Shown here one piece after another: positions 55,500-64,000 of a stretch of 64,000 nucleotides of DNA. The notes under the pieces were generated by a model. It saw only the letters and a list, made by a program, of their open reading frames with translations, did not search any database and was not told the origin of the DNA. The first letter of the stretch is position 1. Each line of letters opens with the position of its first letter. The position numbers were made by a program, and so were the translations under genes. Source of the stretch: Lama glama (taxonomy: Eukaryota); contig CM052816.1 in assembly GCA_028534125.1 (NCBI GenBank), forward strand, positions 49,788,001 to 49,852,000, in the 5' to 3' direction.

Positions 55500-55789
55500 C
55501 TCCACTGTTTTGATTTTGGGTTTTTCTCCCTGAAGCAAGCACTTCCCAACGTTACTATTAAAGTCTCTTGGGAGAAAAATGGACATAAAAAGCTCAAAAA
55601 AACTTTGAAACAAAAGAAGAATGAGGAACAGTCACGCAATGCCAACATGTCAGGACATTATACGGCACCATGCTCACAACAGTGTTGTATGGATTCAGAA
55701 ATTAATAGAAACACCAAAAAAAAAAAGTTCAAAACAGTATTGATTAGGGTTTCTCTCTTGGGGATGAGTTTTGTTCTCTGTTGTGAGAC

Positions 55790-56165
55790 GTATGCGAAAA
55801 ACACTGTGAGAAAGACCATGATGCTCACCAAGTATCCATGTGCTCCTCTCCATTTCCCAGACTCCTTTGCAGTTGGGCTGGGGTCCTATAGTTAGATAAG
55901 GTCAATGAGATGTATCCACGCTGCCCCCATACCTTTTTCTTTAAAACATCCTGCACAATCTCCCAGCTCTCTCTCCCCTTGAGGATGCGGACATCTCCTC
56001 TTTCAGACGGTGGCTGTGATTTCCAACAGCCCGCATCTCTGTAGCACCCCTTCAAAGAAAGCACGTCGGCAGGCTGCCTAACCAACAGCCTGTAACAGAT
56101 GCAAAGAATGACTATTTGCTGCATTAAAAAATCCTGATAGTTTTAAGAAAACATTAAAATTGATA
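55790..56165 (+). mobile_element. Old MaLR/ERVL LTR (MLT1J-like)
   Basis: ctccatttcccagactcctttgcagttggg...gtcaatgagatgt...aaaacatcctgcacaatctccc. Confidence 0.55.
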
Positions 56166-56393
56166 ACTATGTATTCCTGTGTTAGACAATCTTCATCTTA
56201 TTTAAGTCTTAAACATGCGTTGACAGTTTCATTTCAAAATGATCAGTAAAAGAAGTTGCAATATATTTTGAAAAACCCAGCATGAATTACTTATCAAATC
56301 TCATGTTTAGGAAGAATGCTCTAAGCAAGAAAATAATAAAAATCATTTCTAAGAAAAGGAAGGCCAGATGATTGATAGTCTGTTCTTTACTAG

Positions 56394-56543
56394 GTTTTCC
56401 AGGGCAATTTTGACAACGATACTCACAGGAAAAACGTCATCGACCCTCCCATCTATGCTCGGCATATAAGAATCCTTCCTTGGTCCTGGTATGGGAGGAT
56501 CACGCTGCGGTCGGAGCTGCTGGGCTGCACAGAGGAAGAGTGA
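56394..56543 (+). CDS. EDIL3: EDIL3 last coding exon (end of C2 domain plus stop)
   Basis: tgttctttactag| acceptor. Translates [49 protein letters not shown], the EDIL3 C-terminus, in frame with the 30565-30720 exon. Confidence 0.97.
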   Translation, partial: VFQGNFDNDTHRKNVIDPPIYARHIRILPWSWYGRITLRSELLGCTEEE

Positions 56544-56921
56544 GGAGACCCCCCACATCCTACACCCCTCCTGTTTCCCTGAAAGTCTCTCCATGGAATG
56601 ACCTGTGCAAAATCTGTAGGAAACTGAATGGGATAAGTGCTCAAATTATGGTAGGCCACTAACTGTCTTCTTAAGGAGGTCTAAGCCTGCCTTTTCAATG
56701 GTTTAATTTGATTTTTATCGTTTAAATTTCTTAAGCAACATCACATTAACTGTGAACTACTTTTCTCATTGTTTTCTGACTTATTCATACTGGTTGAAGT
56801 ATATTAGGGAAAGATAGTAGCACTCTTTTGATAGCAAGGGTAAAAATATCTCACAGTTACCAAACACAAGAGTTGTTAGAGCTTTTATAATCAATTCTTA
56901 TAAAAGGAATACTGCAATGTT

Positions 56922-56929
56922 AGCAATAA
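56922..56929 (+). promoter_or_regulatory. miR-137 8mer seed site (AGCAATAA)
   Basis: Exact complement of miR-137 nt 2-8 (UAUUGCU) plus A1, ~380 nt after the stop. Confidence 0.65.
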
Positions 56930-57352
56930 GTTGTTTTTTCCTTCCGTAATGACTCTATATTATCCTATTTCCCTGTGCCTACGGTGTTTAAACTGAATTC
57001 TGACGAAGAATCTAATGTGCAGTACTAACTGATACTGTAATTCTCATTTTACTTTCATTATTTCTAATCAGATTGCTATCTGTTTCTTTTTGTTCTATTC
57101 TATACACTATATATTGCCTGAATAACTCCCTATTTTTCCTAATTGAGTTTTGTCCTATTACTCGCCTAAAAGAACTCATGCTTGTGTGTGTGTGTTTATA
57201 TGTGTACACACACACACACGATGAAATGTGACTGAATATCAGTCAGTACATTGGTCATAATTAATTATCAGTAGGTTGAATCTGCAATTCTTTTGTTTTT
57301 GAAGGACGCTATAACTATTTAAATTTAATTTTCAAATACTTCCATTTTGCAA

Positions 57353-57456
57353 AATAAACAACAAAATTCCATTGATTCTTTAAAACAAAATGTAAACCTT
57401 TGTTTTACCAGCATTTACATAGCCTTATCGTTACTTTAAAATAATAGAATAATAAA
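57353..57456 (+). terminator. Candidate proximal poly(A) signals (AATAAA at 57353-57358 and 57451-57456)
   Basis: Two canonical hexamers in the UTR. Usage cannot be shown from sequence and the context is AT-rich. Confidence 0.35.
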
Positions 57457-59308
57457 ATGTCTATTTAAAAATTTTTTAGCAAACAAATATTGACATAGTG
57501 CTGCATAACCAGGTCAAGCATACTCATCATTTCTTTGTTCATCTCTGCATTTCCTGTGAAACTAGAATTTTATTGAGGTTTGAAACTGGTGGTGGTTTCT
57601 CAGGAAAGCACAGTGGGTACATATTTGTGAGAAAAGAAGTATACTAATGACAAAGCTGTCAACCATTTTCAAGATGAAAATTGATTTCTACTTATTTTGC
57701 TTCAAAGGTTCTGAAAAATAAGCAATTATCATCACAATTTGTTATTGATAATGGAGGTCTCATTGACAGTCTCTCAAATTAAAACTCACACTGCCTCCAT
57801 GAAAGTCTTCAACATCTAATTTATAACCTTTACAAGTATTTGTTTTCTAAGGCTTAGACACAGAATTATTGGGGTTTAAAATTAAGGATCCTGGAAGAGA
57901 AAGTATGGTATGTGTACGAAATGTTGAGGTCCTGTGCAACACTGCTAAGTTCTTTTCTTTATTATTTGTGCTGCATAACAAAAGCCACTAGACTGTTACT
58001 GTCTTGTCTGTGTCCACGTGCTAACAGCATCTCTTAATGATGTATATATGGTGTTGTCTTCAATCATAGTGAAGAATCTAAAGAGAAAGTCAATCAATCA
58101 TAATGGCATTTTTCAAAGATCAAACTACAGACTAGCTGGCCACATTTTTGTCCTATGCCCACACGCTTTCTAATTTAGGTTCTTATTATAAAAGTGTTGA
58201 TTTGAAGTATCTGAAATGGTGATCAGTTTTTAGCATCTTTCAAAAACAAAACTGCCGTGTCATCAATATCACCTTTTTAAGAGAACTTTAAATTATGAAT
58301 TTAAATATTTTTAATATGCTAAATATTAAAGTCATGTTACAAATAATGACTTAGGTCCAAAAATATACACAGACTTACTTCATAGCCAATGGCTCTTATT
58401 TCTTTAAAAATTTACTGTCCTACCAAATTCCTAGCCATTTTCCTTTGTACACTATGCACAATTCTTGATCCTTAACAGGGTGTGTTTTTAAATTTTTGAG
58501 TAACTTTTTAATGCTTTACTTTCTCAAATTATTCATGGCTTCTTACAATGTTTTGAATTGTAGTTTACTGATTTTTTTTGAAAAAAATAACTAGTTTCAA
58601 AAGGAGTTTGTTAAAATTCGGTTACCTTTCAGAAATAGATGGCTTTCTCTTGCTTGTGCATTTTCTCTCTGCTCTGTATGCTTTTCACCAACACAGCATA
58701 TCATGGGCTGTCTGTCCATGATGCCCCAAATTAATAACAACAAAGAGATTCCGACATGTGGAAATGTTAATAATTAATTATTGTGAAGTATTATGTAACT
58801 TTTGTGTCAATGACATCAAAGTAAAGCAAACTTACTTATTCTATTTAAATTTACACTAAAACAAGTAAAATCTCATAAGCAGAATACACAGAAGACTCAG
58901 TCTTCACCATACTAAGTAACTATAATATGCTAATTTTATGATCTATGAAATTACAATTTTAAACATCTTCATTTCATCTATGTCTTATTAAAAGCCTTTA
59001 TCATAATCACTAATTCTAATTTTAGGATTGACTTTCTCTTTCTGAATGGCTTCATAAGGGTTGGTGTGAATTTTGAAGACTTGGGGTACTAATGATAGTA
59101 CCTTTGCTAGTCAACAAATTATGAAATATAATACTCACTGCTGGCGTCGGATGTGTCAGTAAGTACAGAAATAACTAAGACACAAGATAACCTTTGCAAA
59201 CGTTCAAGCTGTGTAATATTCCAATGTTGGTTTTTTTTTCCTTTGTATATATTAAATCATGTAGGATGTTGTAAAATCAGTATGACCTTGTCTAGTCTTC
59301 AGAGTTAA

Positions 59309-59314
59309 AATAAA
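59309..59314 (+). terminator. Likely distal polyadenylation signal (AATAAA)
   Basis: gttaaAATAAActtttg, preceded within ~70 nt by several TGTA (CFIm-type) motifs and an ATTAAA at 59251-59256. Confidence 0.7.
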
Positions 59315-61654
59315 CTTTTGAAAATCTGGGATACTTTTGAAGCCGCTGTAATCAAACACATTTGTAAGAATGCACAAATTGTCTCAATGTGAATACCCAT
59401 TACTCTTACCTACATGCTGGTTTACTTTTAACTTGGCACAGGAAAATTAAACAAGTACAGAACAAAAACAAACGTCAAAATCACAATAGCCTTCAAATAT
59501 ACATTGCTATCTGCTAAATTGGCCTTTCCCAAATTATTAAAATGTGTGCATTTCTCCGGCTCCTTTTAGCTGGGGAACATGTTATCAGAATACTGATAAC
59601 CCAGAGTCGTGTTTTTTTGCCTCATGCATATTTAAAGTCTTGAGCTCCAGGACTGATCTGCCCGTTGTGAAGCCACTGCTGTTATTTCTATTGTTCTTTA
59701 AGTGCATGATTCTCAGGAGTATAATGGAGAGATTCAGTCAATAGTAAGCAGTACCACAAACACTAATATTTATCCATATAACGCTAGCTGCTGCTGAAAG
59801 AAAATCCTAACACTTGGCTTCTTCACAAACCCTGCTTCTTCCTCTCTGAAAGTCACTGGTAAAATATTCAGTCCATGTACGTCCCACATTTAGATATTTG
59901 CTTAACATTCAAAAAATTTAGGGAAGAGACTTGAGATATTAAATGCTGACTCCTGAGTTGAGGTTCAGTGAATCTCTGCTAGTTCTCAGACTAACTTCTT
60001 ATTATATGTTTGTGTATTCGTACGTGTTTCTATTTAATTGCATTTTAATGTGAATGGTTCAGTGGGGTTCCATTTCTTGCCTACTTTTCCCACATACAAA
60101 CCTATACAAATGTGTTTCTTATTAAATACAAGCAATTATACGTATTTTCCCAATAAGGCCAATAAAGAATTATGACATCTAAACAGGGTAAAAATTCATT
60201 ATGATAGAAGAATTATTCAACAGAAACTTTTCAACTATGAGGCTTTTAAAATTACTAGTTCAAAATGTAAAAATAATAAAAATATTTCCAAGGAGGAAAG
60301 TCTGATCATGTTGAAATTTGATTTTAAAAATCTATTAAGAATAACTTCATGAATGGAAAATATTCTCTCTACATAATCTAAAATTTTAAAACATCTAGCA
60401 CTTCAGCTTTGAATACATGATGTTTAATGCTGTGAGAAGTGCAATGCTCTCTCTTCCCAAACGCTAGTTTAAAATATTGTTAACAATGGAGTTAGTGTCT
60501 TATTTATTTGTGAAAAAATACTGCCACAAAAGTGTCTGTGAGATGCGAAAGTACCCTTTCACCCGAGCAGTTAAAATGGAGGATTAAACAACTCTGCTAG
60601 TTGAGAAGCAAGAGAAGGTGTTGTCATTTGTCTCTGCAAAGAAAGAACACCTGGTAGAGGTAGCATTTTTCTATTGGTTTTGAAAGAGGAAATGGGAGTC
60701 CTTGATTCTACTGCAGTAAGAGGCTATAATTCATACTAGATGTTTCCACATTGCCACCAAATAAAGTGCTTTCCACAGCAGGCAAGTGGCACTTGCTCAC
60801 AGAGTTATTTCTATTAAATGAATTTGGTGGCAGAAATAGGAAAACATTTTTGGAAAAGGCTCCTCATTTGCTTGTTTTTGCATCTCTTGGCAGGAGCTGA
60901 TGGAGTCATCTGAAACCACTAATGCTGTGGAAATACGGTAGAGTAGCACCAGCACATGGTCACATTACATGATTAAGCACTGCATATGGTCACTGTCTCT
61001 AATTTTATTTTAACGTCTTCAAAGGCATGAACTACACTTTTGTATTTTCCCTATTTATGTAAAATCCCCATAGTGCTATTCATATGCCCACATATAAATG
61101 TATTAGTGATGATCAATGGCTCAGAGGCTCAACCTGCTGCCACCTGGAAAAGAAGTAGTGCTACTGAGACTGATAGGGTGCATTCAAACAACACATCCCC
61201 CGCGGCCAGTACACAAACAGCTTTGTGATAACTTCCATAGGCATCAGGCCAAAACACTACAGAGGATTAACAAGACGACAACTGGGAGTAGGCAGCATGC
61301 CTATGACAGAGGAGTATTTTCAGGGATAAATGATTTAAATGACAAACATATTTACACATTTTATAATTTTCCCACTTTTTCGAAATGTAAAGAAAAAGAA
61401 TAAAAAGGACTTGCCTTTCCAGAAGAGAACCACAGCAGGCCGGTGGCTCTGGCAGGGTTAATTAGCACTGTGCTTCCCAAGGCCCATGGCATTTTCCACC
61501 TGAACCTAGGAGAGAGGAATTGAACACAGAGGTTAAACATGGTATATCACAAAGGAAGCACTAAATAATCAACTCCAACAGTTTAACTTTCTCAGTTTTC
61601 AAGCTTCTTAGGTAATGGTATGGATTTTCTTTTTTTTTTTAAGTAGAAGCAGCC

Positions 61655-62017
61655 TGCTATTATCTGAAGTTTATGTCTGCCCTACCCTCTGCCAAATTCA
61701 TATGTGGAAATACTAACCCCTAAAGGTGATGGCAGAGTAGGTGGGGACTGTGGTACAGGGGATTAGGTCACAAGAGTAGAACCCTCATGAAAGGGATTAG
61801 GGCTCTTATATAAGAGCCACCACAGAGCTCCCCAGCCGCTTCCACTGAGTGAGACACTAGCCATGAACCTGGAAGCTGATCCTCATCAGAAAGCGACCAT
61901 GCTGGTATCTTGAACTTGGACTTCCCAGCCTCCAGAACTGTGAGCAGTGAATTGCTGTTGCTGATACATTACCCAGTTTGTGGTATTTTGTTTTAGCAAC
62001 CCTAATGAACTAAGACA
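61655..62017 (+). mobile_element. MLT1A-type MaLR solo LTR
   Basis: tgctattatctgaa...aaattcatatgtggaaatactaacccc...ttggacttcccagcctccagaactgtgag...gaactaagaca; TSD-like cagcc/catcc. Confidence 0.88.
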
Positions 62018-63129
62018 CATCCCTAGAAGGAATCTGTTACTAGTGGTATAAATAAGCTGCTTGGCATGTGGACTTTTAAACAATAGTAAAATCTTTTTCA
62101 ACTTTACAGTGGAGAAAAATTAGTGGGTTAGGACTAGTTTATTTTCTTGATTAAATACATTAGGAGACGAGGGGAGGGGAGGAGAGAGGAAGGAAGGATT
62201 GAGTCCATTTGTAAAAATTCTTCTGCAAAACATACTATATCAGTTATATTCCTGTGTATGTAAGTGTTCTTTATCACAGTGCTAATTATTTTTCTTACTT
62301 TGAGATAGCCATAAAAGTTTGAAAACCACTGCAGTATGGTCCCTGAACCTCTTTCTTAATGAGTGGCATCTCTTGGTTGCCAGGTATGCTGGGGGCTGAT
62401 GCAAGTTTAGAGCCAGAATTGGTGGATCCTGTCAACAGGCTTTTAGGGGCTGGGTGGGGACAGAGGCGGCACATGGTGCTGGAGGCCTGAGAGATTTTTA
62501 AGAAAACAAAGAGATACTACACGGAGAATTGTGTGGATTTTTTCTCTGCGGTGGGCAAAGCCCTTTGTCCTCCTCGTAAAATATTCTAATGAAATAAATT
62601 TTTCCCTATTCCACTTCATTGTTTATTCTGCTAAGGAAGGTGCGAGTATGGCCTGAAGGTGGGTTTGCAGCATGAGCAGAGGCTGCCTGTGGGCACCTGG
62701 CACTTGAGTTTAAACATACAGATCCAAAAGTTGTTCTGTTTTTGCTTGTTTGTTTGAATAGACATTGATGAGTTTTTTTAAATAGATTTTTCTACAGTCA
62801 CTTCTGATTTAAAAATTGATAATTTGATTCCCCCCACACCCTCATTCTAACCTTTTAAGCCAACCTTTCAGAACTCTTACTACTAATTCTTTGCTTGAGA
62901 GTTTTCCTACCTAAACCTGATATCATAAATGCCTCCAAATAGTAGCATTGGGCTGTAATTCAGGACCTATAAAATGTTGAAATGTTTTCACTTTCACTGG
63001 AGATATAAAAGCTAAATCCTTTCATAATTAACACTGTAGAAATTACTAAATGAAGATTAAGATTTAGATTAACCAACTCTTAAAAAATCATTCTCTGAGA
63101 AAAATTTCAAAATCTACACAAGCAAGGTT

Positions 63130-63520
63130 CTGGAAATACAAAAATGAAAAGACTCCAACTGTCATGAGATTGCATTCTGGGGGGTGGGAGTGGGCAGACA
63201 AGGAAGCCAAGGATCGTATTAGGTGCCGTGACAAAACTATGCTCAAAGTGCAAAGAGAACACAGAACACAAGCACTCACTCTAGTAAATGAAGTAGGTCA
63301 GGCAAGTTACCCTGGGGGAGGGGACATCTGAAATGACATCAAAATGGTCCAATTTAATATTTATGACCCCCAAAATCTCCAATTTACTATTCATGATAAC
63401 TCTAGGAAGTAACTAACATCTCCTCTTTGGAAAACAAGAGAGGCTGAAAGAGGTTAGGAGATTTGCCAAGTTGCAGAGCTCTGCTTTGTCCCTAGATTTG
63501 ATTCCTCTCCATCCCGGTGT
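63130..63520 (-). mobile_element. Degraded L2 and MIR fragments
   Basis: aaatgaaaagactccaactgtcatgagattgcattctgg (L2-like); aggctgaaagaggttaggagatttgccaag (MIR core). Confidence 0.45.
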
Positions 63521-64000
63521 AATACCCATTTTCTTCTTTTAAGTCAAAGGAGGTGCTGAAAATGTTTCCTTACATACTAGTACATAAATTACCAACAGGA
63601 ATGATATTCCTCCAGACAAGCAGTCATTGTTTATCTTGCAACTCCTCACACTGTCCTAAATAATTGCATAGACCAGTATTATCTAATAAGGTTTTGAAAT
63701 AATTGGTTAACGGGCGAGGTGTTGATCACAAGACATATGAGGACAGGTCCTCAAAAGATGACGAACAGCTAATGAGCACCATGAGATATGTGATGGCATT
63801 AATTTTTTAAAAGGAGAATAATAAGCCCCAGCTGTCAAAGTATCTGCTATCCCACGACACAGTAAATGGCCTGTCCCCATGTGCAGAAGCATGAGATTGT
63901 TCATGGAAAAATCAAAAGCATTTATATTTAAGAAAATTTGGAGAATAGCATTCACTCAGTTAAGAGGGGCCACAGATAGTTTCCATTTTTAAAACAATTT

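Larger units (their letters stand above)
56544..59335 (+). other. EDIL3: EDIL3 3' UTR (long form; end approximate)
   Basis: Repeat-poor AT-rich sequence after the stop, ending at AATAAA 59309-59314 with upstream TGTA motifs. Confidence 0.75.

Noticed and set aside
54427..55648. Dense ORFs (up to 141 aa) in a GC-rich stretch
   Set aside because: This is the L1 5' UTR; GC richness lowers stop frequency.
56349..56662. ORFs overlapping the last EDIL3 exon (two antisense, one out-of-frame sense)
   Set aside because: Shadow ORFs of a GC-richer coding exon with no independent support.
61133..61150. CTCF-like motif (reverse strand CCAGGTGGCAGCAG) downstream of the gene
   Set aside because: The 5' part of the consensus is missing; too weak without ChIP data.
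1..64000. CRISPR arrays, tRNA/rRNA genes or prokaryotic-type systems
   Set aside because: Mammalian intronic/UTR DNA; no regularly spaced repeat-spacer array or structured RNA gene recognised.

Overview
Mammalian genomic DNA (AT-rich, CpG-depleted, repeat-rich) containing the 3' end of EDIL3 (Del-1) on the + strand. It holds the penultimate coding exon (30565-30720), the last coding exon (56394-56543, stop TGA) and a ~2.8 kb 3' UTR ending near an AATAAA at 59309. The two exons encode the C-terminal part of the second discoidin/F5-8 type C domain. Bases 1-30564 are the end of a long upstream intron and ~59330-64000 is downstream flank. Most of the rest is transposon-derived: several L1 copies (the young ones antisense to EDIL3, some nested, with visible TSDs), L2, MIR, CR1/L3, MaLR/ERV solo LTRs and hAT MITEs. 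The L1 3' ends look cetartiodactyl, possibly camelid; this is inference from recalled consensus, and I saw no Alu, B1, BovB/Bov-A or PRE-1. Almost all ORFs in the track are spurious or L1 remnants. I found no convincing new biological system. The most notable structures are: (1) an 839-bp MULE/MuDR-type DNA transposon fossil with TIRs, a perfect 9-bp TSD and transposase remnants; (2) a 56-bp, 95%-identical direct duplication bracketing the penultimate exon and abutting a rearranged L1; (3) an ~80-bp inverted repeat pair 1 kb apart; (4) an L1 split by an apparent micro-inversion; (5) miRNA and Pumilio sites in the 3' UTR. Repeat family names are from recalled consensus sequences and need RepeatMasker/Dfam confirmation.
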